Below, piece by piece: positions 7,692 to 21,245 of a stretch of DNA of 32,000 nt. The notes below the pieces were generated by a model. That model had not been told where the DNA came from, searched no databases, and saw nothing but the letters and a program-made list of their open reading frames with translations. Positions within the stretch are counted from its first letter, which is position 1. Every line of letters starts with the position of its first letter. The translations under genes were made by a program, and so were the position numbers. Origin of the DNA: Pasteurellaceae bacterium RH1A (GTDB lineage Bacteria; Pseudomonadota; Gammaproteobacteria; Enterobacterales; Pasteurellaceae); the NCBI GenBank assembly GCA_012221805.1, contig CP015195.1, positions 883,771 to 915,770 of the forward strand. The letters run 5' to 3'.

Positions 7692-10481
7692 TTAGAACTT
7701 CATTTCTAAACTCGCCGTATAGTTACGCCCTGGCGCAGCATAACGGGCAAAATTGCCGTCACTTGAGTGCTGATTAATGGCCCCCACTGCCGTTTGACGA
7801 ACAGACTCCCACATGCTGTAGCGGTAGTTCATCAGGTTATAAACGCCTGCACGCAAGGTGATGTTTTTATTCACATTCCAATAACCGGTTAAATCCACCA
7901 CTGTCCATTTACGAGTACGTTGTGGCGTGACGGCCACATTGACCTCACGATTTTTAACCACATAACGTGATTTCAACTCGTCTTCACTTTTGGCCTTAGA
8001 GTGGGTGAAGGTTAAACTTGCCCCCCATTTTTCACTTGGGCTGTCGTAATTTAGGCCAAGTACATATTTAGGTGGCTGTAAGGTATCAAGAAAATAAACA
8101 TAACCATTGGTTAGCCCCTCATTTGTGCTAACCTTATCTGGTCTAGAGCGGCTATAGCCAAAGATAAGAGTGACCCCTTCAGGTACTTTACCCCACATAC
8201 TGTTAAGATCTAAGCCCCCTTGAATATTGATCCCTTTCACGGAAATATTCTGGAAATTAAAATAACCAAATTGATTCAAATCTTCACGGAAGGCTGCCGC
8301 AATCAGATCACGATATTGGCTCTTATAATAAGCCAAGTCAATATAGCCCCAGTTATTATTAAGACTTAAACCCACTTCATGGCTGGAGGATTTCTCTGGA
8401 GCAAGATCACTTTTGGCAGTATACCTACCATCAGTTCCCTCTATTAAGTAACCAAAGGTTTCTTGGAAGCTTTGCACACGGAAGCCCGTTGAGTGACGGT
8501 AAGAAGCAGCAATATTCTCTGTTGGCTTTAAGACAATCCCCGCATTATAGGACCAAACACGGTGCTTTTTGTTGATAATATGCTCATCATCAGAACGGAA
8601 AGAGTAAGTGTCATAACGGCCACCCAATCCTAAATCCACATATTTACCCAAAGCAATCTTATCATTTAAGCCGACAAAGCGGTTTTCCCCCTTAACCACG
8701 AGCGGGGCACAACGCACATTTAAACCACTGCTATGCACACAGCCATCAAAGTGTCTCATCACATTATTTGGCGTATAAATCTCCTTGCCACCAACCTTTT
8801 GTACGGTATTATTACCCTGAGTCACCTTTCTAATGTGATGTTGTTTGCTATGAGTAGATTTATACCAGTCCACACCCGTTAAAAGTTGCATATTGTGCTG
8901 ACTAAAGCCAAGATCAAAACGTTTTTGCCATTTAAAACTTAAACGGCGGTGTTTCTCTTTGTAGTGGTTTTGGCGAATATCTTCTTGCGAACCGACTTTT
9001 TCAGTGATGGCTCGGCAATTTTTGTCTGCCGTGGGATAAGGCGCACAATTTAAGTAGTAATTGGTCGTATCCAGCTTGATCCCTTGAAAGTCTAAATTCA
9101 CTTCAAATAAATCTGCCCAAGTCTTATCACCATTATAGCGGTAAATGATACCCTGACGGGTTTTATGGTGACGTTCATCAATAAAGTGAGTTCTTGTCCA
9201 GGCTAGTATGCCGCCCGTACCTTCATCTGGACTATTAACCCAATAGCTACTGCTTGCAATATCGCCAGCATACCTTCTACGCTCCTTCAAAAAGTCCTCT
9301 CGGCTACCACTATAATAGGCTTGGTAATGCATATCACGAATGTCATAGCGTTGGCGAGTATCCTCTACAATCCCTCCTAAGTAATGTTGAGGTGAGAAGT
9401 GATATCCCAAGCGGACTAACATGGAACCCGTTTTATATTCCATTGGGTTAGGTGCAATTCTATTCTTTCCAGTATATTCTTTGGGAGAAAGGTATTCCAC
9501 AGGTGAATGCTGGTTACGAATTTGTTCTAGCTCTTCAGGTGTCCAAGGTTCCGTTCTGCCAGCAGGCAAGGCAATATGACTTGGATCACTTAAGGCGCTT
9601 TCCTCAGCAGGGAAACGGATGTGCTCATCCGTACATGAAGCCAGCGTTGCTGCTGAACAGCCATTGGTTGAAACATAAAATCCATTATTCTTATCAGGCT
9701 GAGAATGATCATAGGTGCCATCTAGGGTATTAGGAATCTTTGCTAGAAGATCATATTTTCTCTCATAAGAACGATAACGCTGGATTTGATACTGGGTCGC
9801 CTTTTCCGCATCAGGGTGTATGCTGATTTCATGGCCCTTACGGCCCGTGTATTGAATCAAGCCCTCAAAACCATTATGGCGGAAGGCCCCACCCACAGTT
9901 TGACCAAAGCGTTTATCTTTACTGCTGTAAACGCTTTTACTGGTTAGCCCCCAGCTCTTATCGTCAATAATGAAATCATCAACGTCCTTGGTAGCAAAAT
10001 TGACCGAACCACCCATCGCCCCGCTGCCGCTGTAGGCCGAGTCGCTGCCCTTGGCAAATTCAATGGCCGAGACGTTTTCATATTCAATTTCATTAATCGC
10101 TCCACTACTTGAAGTCGAATGGGCCTGGGTTGGATCTACATAAGACTGAATTTGTGGAATGCCATCCACACTAATGGCTACACGGTTTTTATCGACACCA
10201 CGAATGGAATAGCCCGTAGAAGCACCATTACCCTGTTCCACCACAGAAATACCAGGATCATAGCGAGTGGCATCACGAATGCCGATCACCTGATCCTTAT
10301 TGAGCTGTTCACTGGTCTTAATCACACGGCCCAGGCCTGTGACATCCTTATCTTGTTTACCAATCTTGTTATAGGCCTTTACTTCGATGGTATCTAACAC
10401 TTCATCTGCAAAGAGGCTTGGGCTTAGGCAGATGCTGGCAATGGCCAAACTTAAGGGAGCAATCTTGTACTGTTTCTTCAT
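7692..10481 (-). CDS. tbpA: TonB-dependent transferrin receptor, TbpA-like
   Basis: 929 aa with a signal peptide, a TonB-box-like region (DTIEVKA) and the TbpA/LbpA signature GAINEIEYENV. It ends in the C-terminal ...LEMKF and lies immediately downstream of a TbpB-like lipoprotein gene. Confidence 0.85.
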   Translation of the reverse strand: MKKQYKIAPLSLAIASICLSPSLFADEVLDTIEVKAYNKIGKQDKDVTGLGRVIKTSEQLNKDQVIGIRDATRYDPGISVVEQGNGASTGYSIRGVDKNRVAISVDGIPQIQSYVDPTQAHSTSSSGAINEIEYENVSAIEFAKGSDSAYSGSGAMGGSVNFATKDVDDFIIDDKSWGLTSKSVYSSKDKRFGQTVGGAFRHNGFEGLIQYTGRKGHEISIHPDAEKATQYQIQRYRSYERKYDLLAKIPNTLDGTYDHSQPDKNNGFYVSTNGCSAATLASCTDEHIRFPAEESALSDPSHIALPAGRTEPWTPEELEQIRNQHSPVEYLSPKEYTGKNRIAPNPMEYKTGSMLVRLGYHFSPQHYLGGIVEDTRQRYDIRDMHYQAYYSGSREDFLKERRRYAGDIASSSYWVNSPDEGTGGILAWTRTHFIDERHHKTRQGIIYRYNGDKTWADLFEVNLDFQGIKLDTTNYYLNCAPYPTADKNCRAITEKVGSQEDIRQNHYKEKHRRLSFKWQKRFDLGFSQHNMQLLTGVDWYKSTHSKQHHIRKVTQGNNTVQKVGGKEIYTPNNVMRHFDGCVHSSGLNVRCAPLVVKGENRFVGLNDKIALGKYVDLGLGGRYDTYSFRSDDEHIINKKHRVWSYNAGIVLKPTENIAASYRHSTGFRVQSFQETFGYLIEGTDGRYTAKSDLAPEKSSSHEVGLSLNNNWGYIDLAYYKSQYRDLIAAAFREDLNQFGYFNFQNISVKGINIQGGLDLNSMWGKVPEGVTLIFGYSRSRPDKVSTNEGLTNGYVYFLDTLQPPKYVLGLNYDSPSEKWGASLTFTHSKAKSEDELKSRYVVKNREVNVAVTPQRTRKWTVVDLTGYWNVNKNITLRAGVYNLMNYRYSMWESVRQTAVGAINQHSSDGNFARYAAPGRNYTASLEMKF

Positions 10482-10534
10482 GTTTTGATTCTCAAATTTG
10501 TAAATTCTTGGTTGATTTAATCCGCTTGTTAGTC

Positions 10535-12487
10535 TTATTCAGCCTTTTGCTGTCTAGCACCAAAGACCACAGATGCTTTTCCATCACTGCCACCGTCATG
10601 GCTGAACTGGCCACCTAGCTCAAGAGCATTAGGGCCATAGAAGCCACCGGTAACAGGGACATCTTTAAAGTCCACCTTATAGAGCTGGTTTTGGTTGCCC
10701 TTGTCCAACACAATACCGCCTTCTTTGGCTACACTGGCTTTCACATCCTTAAAGCCATTGCCCTCAATACCACCTTTCAAATTAATCGCCACCAGATAAT
10801 CGTCCTCTTGGAAAAGCTCTCCAGCCAAGGTTTTATTGCCAAAATCGACATCAAATTTGGCTTCCCCCTTGCCGACTTGCATGCTGGCTTCTTGCTCAAG
10901 CGTAATAGTGTTGGTAAAGCTACCCTGCCAGGTGCCTGCATATTTAGCAGTACCGGCCGTTGGCACGCTTTCACTTCGCTCGCCCTGTAAGAACAAGGTG
11001 TCTTGGCCCTTATCATACATTCGGCCAAAACGTACATAATTTAAATTACTACAGCAAACGGTAATCTCTTGGTTATTGGCAACAGCCTTGATAACCTTGC
11101 TATGGGTTCCTTCACTTACGCTGCCATTTTCATCGCCTGAAAAGGCTTTCCAAGCAGCCGCAAGTTTGTCTTTATTTAAGAGAGGTAGGGTCTTACCCTT
11201 ATAGTAGAGGTACATGGCATTGCCATAATTATCTAGGGCAACCGCCTTGGCATTGGAGCTGTCAATCTGATAGGCATCAAAGAGTTTACGCACAGTTTCG
11301 CTTACTTCTTCCTCACGTTTAGCACCGAATACGGCGAAAAGGGTATTCTTATCTGTTAAGAATTTGCCCGCAAGTTCCTGAGCCTTATCACCATAGAAAC
11401 CACCTTCAACACTGCTGGAATCGCTGTCTGCCCAAGTAGAAAGAGGGTTATTTATATCCCTGTTAGCCTTGGCGGTGCCAATAAAACGGCTACCTTTCAT
11501 ATTGGCATCAATTTCATAGACCAATACTTCAGGCTCAAAAGTACTTTGCCCTGATCGTTTTTGAGCATAATTCAATTTACCTTTCACAGTTTTATCCGCA
11601 AAATTCACATCAAATCTTGAAGCCAATAAGTAGGCAGCTTGCGTATCGGTTCTTGCTTCTTTACCTGATGAGAACATCAAGCCACTAGTATAATTTCCTA
11701 TGCCTGACGCTCTGTCTGTTCCAGACTTAACATGATCAGCAAAGACCTCATTTTCCATACTCTTGTCTTTGGAACTATTGGATATAAATAGCCATTCACC
11801 TACATAGGTAAATGTTTTATTTTCAGTAGGAATAGCAGAAGATGGGTTTTCGCCTAAATAGTAAGCAATAATATGCGGCCCATTCATCCAAATCCTTCTA
11901 TTTTGCCCATTAACAGAATGATTTTTTATTCCTTCTGTAAAGCTACGATATAAATATCCTGCCTTGATATGTTTGAAGTCGTTAAGAACAGCCATTTCAT
12001 ATCCGTCAGATGATGCATAGTTGCTTGCATTAGCTTCTTTAGTTTCTTGATTAACTAAATGAAGTATTGAATCAAAAAGTTCCTTATCTTCATTAGAAGC
12101 ACCCGCATTAAGTCTTACATCATAATGAAAGGTATTATCTGCCGGCCACGGACCATTTGGGTCAGAGACATCTGTAGTTGAAATGGCTTTTAAATTTTGA
12201 GGGCTTAAATTTGAAGTGGCACGGTTTCTTAAATTCCAACGCTCAAGACGCACGCCTGCCATGGCATAACCATTAGCCGGCTGGGTTAGGGCATCCAACT
12301 CCTCCTCTGAACGAGGTTCAGATTGAGCAAAAGACTCATCCCGCTCCTTTTGTAACTGTTCGAGTGACTTAGGTTTTTCGTTGATGACCGTAACAGGATC
12401 GGTCTCAAAACTCCCTCCGCTGCCACAGGCAGTTAAGAAGGTGCTTAAGACAATAGCAATTGAGGTGCGGCAATATTGTAGTCGCAT
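10535..12487 (-). CDS. tbpB: Transferrin-binding lipoprotein TbpB-like
   Basis: 650 aa with lipobox LTAC followed by a Gly/Ser linker. The motif GGFYG(x)xAxELGG/AGKF is duplicated at the end of each lobe, which marks a bilobed TbpB. Confidence 0.85.
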   Translation of the reverse strand: MRLQYCRTSIAIVLSTFLTACGSGGSFETDPVTVINEKPKSLEQLQKERDESFAQSEPRSEEELDALTQPANGYAMAGVRLERWNLRNRATSNLSPQNLKAISTTDVSDPNGPWPADNTFHYDVRLNAGASNEDKELFDSILHLVNQETKEANASNYASSDGYEMAVLNDFKHIKAGYLYRSFTEGIKNHSVNGQNRRIWMNGPHIIAYYLGENPSSAIPTENKTFTYVGEWLFISNSSKDKSMENEVFADHVKSGTDRASGIGNYTSGLMFSSGKEARTDTQAAYLLASRFDVNFADKTVKGKLNYAQKRSGQSTFEPEVLVYEIDANMKGSRFIGTAKANRDINNPLSTWADSDSSSVEGGFYGDKAQELAGKFLTDKNTLFAVFGAKREEEVSETVRKLFDAYQIDSSNAKAVALDNYGNAMYLYYKGKTLPLLNKDKLAAAWKAFSGDENGSVSEGTHSKVIKAVANNQEITVCCSNLNYVRFGRMYDKGQDTLFLQGERSESVPTAGTAKYAGTWQGSFTNTITLEQEASMQVGKGEAKFDVDFGNKTLAGELFQEDDYLVAINLKGGIEGNGFKDVKASVAKEGGIVLDKGNQNQLYKVDFKDVPVTGGFYGPNALELGGQFSHDGGSDGKASVVFGARQQKAE

Positions 12488-12522
12488 CTGACTCTCCTTT
12501 TAGTAAACCAATATAGTTAAAA

Positions 12523-12541
12523 TATGATGATAACAATTATC
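12523..12541. promoter_or_regulatory. Fur box upstream of tbpB
   Basis: TATGATGATAACAATTATC matches GATAATGATAATCATTATC at 15/19 positions (hand count). It lies 36-54 nt upstream of the tbpB ATG, in the divergent tbpB/tpx intergenic region. Confidence 0.65.
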
Positions 12542-12726
12542 AATCACTAAGAATTGTAATCACAAATGTCAAATTTGTCTATATGGATTTACATATGTAT
12601 GAAAAAGCGTAAATTTCATCAGCAAGGTAAGATTTTTGTAGGAAAGTTTGCTATCCTATTTTGCAAATTTTCCCCCTTTTCTACCCGCTTGCTGGGTAGG
12701 ATTTCACGCAACCTAAAGGAGTTTTT

Positions 12727-13224
12727 ATGGCAACCGTTACCCTTGCAGGCAATCCAATCGAATTAGCAGGCAACTTCCCACAAGTGGGCCAAACCCTAAG
12801 CCAAGTTACCCTCACCAACGGTGACTTGGCCGATGTGGATCTCACGAGCTTTGGCGCAGTACGCAAGATCCTCAACATTTTTCCAAGCGTGGATACCGGC
12901 GTGTGTGCCGCTTCTGTGCGTAAGTTCAACCAAGAAGCCGCCAACTTGGAAAACACGGTGGTGCTTTGTATTTCTGCTGACCTGCCCTTCGCTCAAGCCC
13001 GTTTCTGCGGGGCAGAGGGGATTGAGAATGTCAAATCCCTGTCCACCTTCCGCCATAAGGAAGCCCACGATGGCCTAGGCGTAAACGTGGTCACAGGCCC
13101 CCTTGCAGGCCTCACTGCCCGTGCTGTAGTGGTTTTAGATGAACAAAACAAGGTTTTACACGCTGAACTCGTGCCAGAAATCAAGCAAGAGCCAAACTAT
13201 GAAGCAGCCCTAGCGGTGCTTTAA
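12727..13224 (+). CDS. tpx: Thiol peroxidase (atypical 2-Cys peroxiredoxin Tpx)
   Basis: 165 aa with [10 protein letters not shown] around the peroxidatic Cys and [13 protein letters not shown] around the resolving Cys. AAAGGAG RBS. Confidence 0.92.
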   Translation: MATVTLAGNPIELAGNFPQVGQTLSQVTLTNGDLADVDLTSFGAVRKILNIFPSVDTGVCAASVRKFNQEAANLENTVVLCISADLPFAQARFCGAEGIENVKSLSTFRHKEAHDGLGVNVVTGPLAGLTARAVVVLDEQNKVLHAELVPEIKQEPNYEAALAVL

Positions 13225-13245
13225 TCGAAAGCCCAATAAACAAAA

Positions 13246-13278
13246 AGTCCTCAACCCGTTAAGGTTGAGGACTTTTTT
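13246..13278 (+). terminator. tpx rho-independent terminator
   Basis: AGTCCTCAACC-CGTTAA-GGTTGAGGACT followed by TTTTTT. IS copy 2 begins directly after the T-run. Confidence 0.85.
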
Positions 13279-14367
13279 GGCATAATAGACAAAATAGTTG
13301 CTAAAAAGTGGCTTAAAGCCTTATAGTACAAGGCTTTAAGCCCTCTTTTTGAAAAATGAACAAAAAACTGCCCTTTCTGCCAAAGCACGAATATCAAGAA
13401 ACATGGCAAACAAAATAATATTCAGCGTTATTATTGTAATCAATGCAATAAAACCTTTACCCATCAAAAGAAATTAGACCCAATAAAGATCTGGGATGAT
13501 TACACTTCAGGAAAACAAACCTATCAACAACTTGCCAATAAGTATCATTGTTCGATTAGAACAATCCAAAGATATATTGATAAAGCCCCTAAAACATTAT
13601 TACATCCACCTCAAAGCACATCGCTTAATATAATTATGGACACTACCTTTTTTAAGCGTAATTTCGGCGTATTAGTGTTAATGGATTCTCATACAAAGAA
13701 AGTGGTATTTCACAGTTTTGTAAGAACAGAAAAAGACGTTTATTATAAGCTGGCACTTAATAGATTGAGAGAGAAAAGCTATATAATACAATCCATTACT
13801 TGTGATGGTAGGCGAGGCCTGATGAAGGACTTGTTCAATACACCTGTGCAGATGTGTCAATTCCATATGGTTGCAATAGTGATGAGAAAACTCAGGAAAA
13901 AGCATCAATCACAAGCGGGAAAAGAATTAAAAATTATTGCAAAAACACTGGTAGAGAGTTCAAAAAATGAATTTTACAAACGCCTTCATTATTGGTATTT
14001 AAAACATGAAGAGTATTTAAAAGAAAGAAGTGATAAGCCAAATGAAAAGGGATGTTTACCTTATAAGCATCGTAGTGTTAGAGGGGCTTATGCAAGCCTT
14101 AAATGGTATATGAAATATTTATTTACTTTTGAAGAACGGTCAGATTTAAATATAGAAAGGACAACAAATAGGCTTGAAGGGCTATTTAAACATATGAAGC
14201 GACAGTTAAATAATCACAATGGATTAAGCAAAAAACATAAAGCCATGTTTATAAAGGGTTTTTTGAATAAAAATAGCTGCTAACATTTTAGAAAATAAAC
14301 ATTAGCAACTATTTTGTCCACTTGGCATAGTTTTTGACGAATCAGCAACTATTTTGTCTACTATGCC
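13279..14367 (+). mobile_element. IS element copy 2, 1089 bp, same family as copy 1 but diverged
   Basis: 24-bp IRs: GGCATAATAGACAAAATAGTTGCT at 13279..13302, with the reverse complement (1 mismatch) at 14344..14367. The 8-bp target duplication ACTTTTTT is at 13271..13278 and 14368..14375. The internal hairpin is the same as in copy 1. Confidence 0.9.
13356..14283 (+). CDS. Transposase of IS copy 2 (zinc ribbon + HTH + DDE in one frame from 13369; the upstream ATG is +1 out of frame)
   Basis: CPFCQSTNIKKHGKQNNIQRYYCNQCNKTF continues uninterrupted into the track ORF 13636..14283 (IIMDTTFF, ITCDGRRG, TNRLEGLFKHMK). The only upstream ATG (13356) is offset by one nucleotic position across an A6 run, and a TGA blocks the zinc-ribbon frame at 13357. 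Confidence 0.7.
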
Positions 14368-14383
14368 ACTTTTTTAGTATGTA

Positions 14384-14514
14384 GCTCTTGCACAAAACGG
14401 TTGCTGAGCTTGTCGAAGCATAAGTTTTGTGCATGAAGCTCATGCTTGGACTAATGGTTCGACTAATGCTTCGACAAGCTCAGCAACCGTCTCACCAACC
14501 GCTCCAGCAAGAGC
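14384..14514. repeat. 131-bp palindromic MITE-like element downstream of asd
   Basis: The perfect 24-bp inverted repeat ACGGTTGCTGAGCTTGTCGAAGCA at 14397..14420 pairs with 14467..14490. It is nested inside the outer 8-bp IR GCTCTTGC / GCAAGAGC (14384..14391 and 14507..14514). A related copy lies at 24205..24289. Confidence 0.8.
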
Positions 14515-14531
14515 CTTTCATCTAGAAAAAT

Positions 14532-15647
14532 TTATTTAGTTAATTGCACCAAAATACGGCGAACTGGCTCTGCCGCACCCCAGAGGAGCTGGTCGCCCAC
14601 GGTAAAGGCTGCCAGGTATTCAGGGCCCATGGCCAGCTTGCGTAAACGGCCAACAGGTACGCTTAAGGTGCCTGTTACCTTGGCTGGGGTTAATTCACGT
14701 AAGGTGGTTTCCTTATCGTTTGGAATCACTTTGACCCATTCATTGTGGGCGGCGATGATTTGCTCAATTTCGGCTAATGGTAGATCTTTCTTGAGCTTGA
14801 TGGTAAAGGCCTGGCTGTGGCAGCGCAGCGCACCGATACGCACACATAAACCATCCACAGGGATTGGGTTGTCGCTTAGGCCTAAGATCTTATTGGTTTC
14901 GGCATAGCCCTTCCATTCTTCCTTGGTTTGTCCTGTTTCTGGCAGGAGTTTGTCGATCCAAGGAATTAAGCTACCACCCAGGGCTGCGCCGAAGTTGTCG
15001 GTTGGGAAGTCTTCAGCACGCATTTTAGCGGTGACCTTGCGTTCAATATCTAAAATTGAAGAAGCTGGATTGGCCAGCTCAGGGGCAACAGAATCTCTTA
15101 ACTCACCCATTTGCACCAAGAGTTCACGCATATTCTTGGCACCCGCACCCGAAGCGGCTTGATAAGTCGCTACAGACACCCATTCTACTAAGTCCTTCTC
15201 AAAGAGGCCGCCGATGGCCATGAGCATAAGGCTAACTGTACAGTTGCCGCCTACAAAGGTCTTGACACCATTTTTCAGGCCTTCCGAAATCACGTTTTGG
15301 TTTACAGGATCGAGTACGATAATAGCATCGTCTTTCATACGCAGGGCAGAAGCCGCATCAATCCAGTAGCCATTCCAGCCTGTTGCCTTGAGTTTTGGAT
15401 AGACTTCATTGGTGTAGTCACCGCCCTGGCAGGTTACAATAATGTCTAGTTTTTGAAGTTCGGCAATATCGAAGGCATCCTTTAAATTGCCGGCTTCCTT
15501 ACCTGCAAAAACAGGGGCTTTTTGGCCCGCTTGTGAGGTGGTGAAAAAGACTGGATTGATATTGGCGAAGTCATTTTCTTCCACCATACGATCCATCAAT
15601 ACCGAGCCAACCATACCACGCCAGCCGATAAATCCTACATTTTGCAT
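14532..15647 (-). CDS. asd: Aspartate-semialdehyde dehydrogenase
   Basis: 371 aa with N-terminus [21 protein letters not shown] and the active-site region [11 protein letters not shown]. Confidence 0.95.
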   Translation of the reverse strand: MQNVGFIGWRGMVGSVLMDRMVEENDFANINPVFFTTSQAGQKAPVFAGKEAGNLKDAFDIAELQKLDIIVTCQGGDYTNEVYPKLKATGWNGYWIDAASALRMKDDAIIVLDPVNQNVISEGLKNGVKTFVGGNCTVSLMLMAIGGLFEKDLVEWVSVATYQAASGAGAKNMRELLVQMGELRDSVAPELANPASSILDIERKVTAKMRAEDFPTDNFGAALGGSLIPWIDKLLPETGQTKEEWKGYAETNKILGLSDNPIPVDGLCVRIGALRCHSQAFTIKLKKDLPLAEIEQIIAAHNEWVKVIPNDKETTLRELTPAKVTGTLSVPVGRLRKLAMGPEYLAAFTVGDQLLWGAAEPVRRILVQLTK

Positions 15648-16022
15648 TTGCTGCTCCTATATATAAAAGTTAGAGTTGAAATAAAAAAAGATAGGGCGAT
15701 AAATACCTGATTTAGGCACGAATTGCAATGGTTTTCACGTTTTTTTGTGCTGAATGCTTGAAAATAAGCATCTCTAAACAACAACTTCTCCCTTTCCCTA
15801 TTCTAATTCAGCTATAGCAGTGAGGGGTTGGATATCGGACTAGGATTTATAATTCAGCAATGTGGGAGTCAGTGTAGGTAAAAGCCCGTAGCTCTTAATC
15901 ACATTAAATGCAGCATTTTGGGTTGCGTTTGGAATACGAACATTTGCAGCAACTATGTTATTTCCTCTTTTTAAATTTATTGATAATACTTTGTTTAGAA
16001 TTGGAGGAGATTACAAAAACTC

Positions 16023-16038
16023 TGTGATCTCCCTCTCA
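16023..16038. promoter_or_regulatory. Possible CRP site upstream of lacZ (TGTGA-TCTCCC-TCTCA)
   Basis: One mismatch to TGTGA-N6-TCACA, about 80-95 bp upstream of the lacZ ATG. Confidence 0.35.
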
Positions 16039-16094
16039 TTTTTCAGATTTTTATTGGGCTTTTTGTGTGGAATAGGGTATATTACTGGTTATAA

Positions 16095-19572
<3,478 letters not shown>

Positions 19573-19574
19573 CA

Positions 19575-19612
19575 AGAAAAATGGCACACCCTGTGGTGTG
19601 CCATTCTTTTTG
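19575..19612. terminator. Bidirectional rho-independent terminator
   Basis: AATGGCACACC-CTGT-GGTGTGCCATT flanked by an A-run and a T-run, between convergent genes. Confidence 0.85.
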
Positions 19613-19617
19613 GTGGC

Positions 19618-21006
19618 TTATAGCCAGAAGAGGTAGCCGACTGTGGCGATAACTAAGACAGAGCCGATATTGAGCCAGAAACCGACCTTAACCATTTCAG
19701 ACTGCTTGATATGGCCCGTACCAAATACGATAGCATTTGGTGGTGTGGCCACTGGCAGCATGAAGGCACAGGAGGCACCGAAGCCGATAATGAGGGCTAG
19801 GCCAAGCGGTGGGGCATTAAGGGCTTGGGCAATGGAGATAAAGATTGGCACCAAGAGGGCGGCACTGGCCGTGTTGGAGGTAAACTCGGTTAGGAAGATG
19901 ATAAAGGCAGCAACAATCAGGCCGATGATGAAAAAATGGCCGCCTTCAATCATAAAGACCACACCGTCAGCCAAGACCTTGCTGGCCCCAGTTTTGCCCA
20001 AGATAGAGCTGAGGGTTAAGCCACCACCAAAGAGCATAAGCACGCCCCACTCGGTGTTTTTGGCAATCTGATCCCAGGTTGCCACTCGGCTGATACAAAG
20101 GGCTGCCGCAGCGGTCAAGGCGATAACCGTATCAAAGTTCGCCATCTTGCCATCAATGCCAAAGAGGCTAGACAAAATTGGGTTGAGGCTGCTGCTGAAT
20201 GTCCAGCACAGAGCGGTGATAACAAAGATTGTGAGCGTTGTGATCCGGCTACGGTTCATCTCAATTTGTTCTAGCTCAAGCTCGAAGGTTTGGTCAAATT
20301 TCGGTTTGAGGAGCATATACATCACACCAATCATCATTGGCAGGAGGATAAGCACCAAGGGAATGCCGTACATCATCCATTCGCCAAAGCTCATTTTGAT
20401 GTTAGAGACCACAATGGCATTAGGCGGGCTGCCGATGATGGTACCCATGCCGCCGATACTGGCACTATAAGCAATGCCCAGTAGCACAAAAACATAGGTA
20501 TTGTGGTTGGCCTTGGCATCCATCTTGCTTAAGATCCCCATGGCCAAAGGCAGCATCATAGCGGCGGTGGCCGTGTTACTCATCCACATAGAGAGGAAGG
20601 CCGTGACCCCAAAGAGATACATAACGGCCAAGAGCAAACGTCCACGGGCTAGGGCCATAATCTTATTGGCAATGAATTTGTCCAGTTGCTGAACGTGTAA
20701 GGCTGCTGCTAAGGCAAAGCCCCCAAAGAAGAGGAAGATGGTTGGATCGGCAAAGCCAGTTAGGGCCTCTCGGGTTTTCACCAGCCCCAGGGCGATGGCC
20801 AAAATAGGGATTAAGAGGGCGGTTACGGTGACGTGCAAGGCTTCGGTTAGCCAAAGCACGGCTACAAAGGCCAGCAAGGCCAAGCCCTTGTTGGCTTCAG
20901 GCGTGAAAGGCAAGATATTGAGAAGGATAAAAAACAAAATGGCATCGGCAATCAGGATGATCCCGTTGCGCATACCTGTTTTATCAAGGACTTGATTTTC
21001 TGTCAT
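19618..21006 (-). CDS. DASS (SLC13-like) family sodium-coupled anion/dicarboxylate symporter
   Basis: Polytopic, about 463 aa, with duplicated hairpin motifs (SNTATAAMMLP / SNTASAALLVP) typical of DASS. I trimmed the start to the ATG at 21006 (MTENQ...); the track's upstream extension looks non-coding. Confidence 0.8.
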   Translation of the reverse strand: MTENQVLDKTGMRNGIILIADAILFFILLNILPFTPEANKGLALLAFVAVLWLTEALHVTVTALLIPILAIALGLVKTREALTGFADPTIFLFFGGFALAAALHVQQLDKFIANKIMALARGRLLLAVMYLFGVTAFLSMWMSNTATAAMMLPLAMGILSKMDAKANHNTYVFVLLGIAYSASIGGMGTIIGSPPNAIVVSNIKMSFGEWMMYGIPLVLILLPMMIGVMYMLLKPKFDQTFELELEQIEMNRSRITTLTIFVITALCWTFSSSLNPILSSLFGIDGKMANFDTVIALTAAAALCISRVATWDQIAKNTEWGVLMLFGGGLTLSSILGKTGASKVLADGVVFMIEGGHFFIIGLIVAAFIIFLTEFTSNTASAALLVPIFISIAQALNAPPLGLALIIGFGASCAFMLPVATPPNAIVFGTGHIKQSEMVKVGFWLNIGSVLVIATVGYLFWL

Positions 21007-21085
21007 AAGACACCCCACGAAGTAAAAAGAAACGCTTGGAATATACTCAAATTTGGGTAAGTAAAAAACAAGTTTGTGACAAAAA

Positions 21086-21101
21086 TGTGACATATATCAT
21101 A
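21086..21101. promoter_or_regulatory. Possible CRP site in the divergent DASS/tannase promoter region (TGTGA-CATATA-TCATA)
   Basis: One mismatch to the consensus. A second TGTGA half-site lies 11 bp upstream. Confidence 0.3.
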
Positions 21102-21245
21102 AAAAATCGACAAAATTTACATAATAGGGTAAAGGCAGCTGCTAACAAGCGGAGAAATTGGGGGGATTTTTTGCAAATTTTCTGGCCAAAGGAACTAAGT
21201 GACTCAAGGCTAGTTCTAAGAAATATTTTATATAGAGGATCTCCT

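Noticed and set aside
6551-14367. Composite transposon made of the two IS copies carrying tbpBA-tpx
   Set aside because: Each IS has its own matching 8-bp target duplication (TATAAAAA; ACTTTTTT), while the outer flanks of the pair do not match each other. The IS copies are also diverged. This indicates two independent insertions rather than mobilisation of the segment as one unit.
14440-14475. GGTTCGA motif (T-loop-like) in the palindromic element, a possible tRNA fragment or att site
   Set aside because: No acceptor, anticodon or D-arm structure can be drawn around it. The motif is part of a short tandem repeat within the hairpin spacer.
21007-21245. Upstream extensions of the track ORFs 19618..21093 (-) and 21036..22787 (+), which overlap each other
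   Set aside because: The extensions encode non-protein-like sequence in the AT-rich divergent promoter region. Internal ATGs at 21006 and 21246 give canonical N-termini (a TM protein start, and a signal peptide with an RBS).
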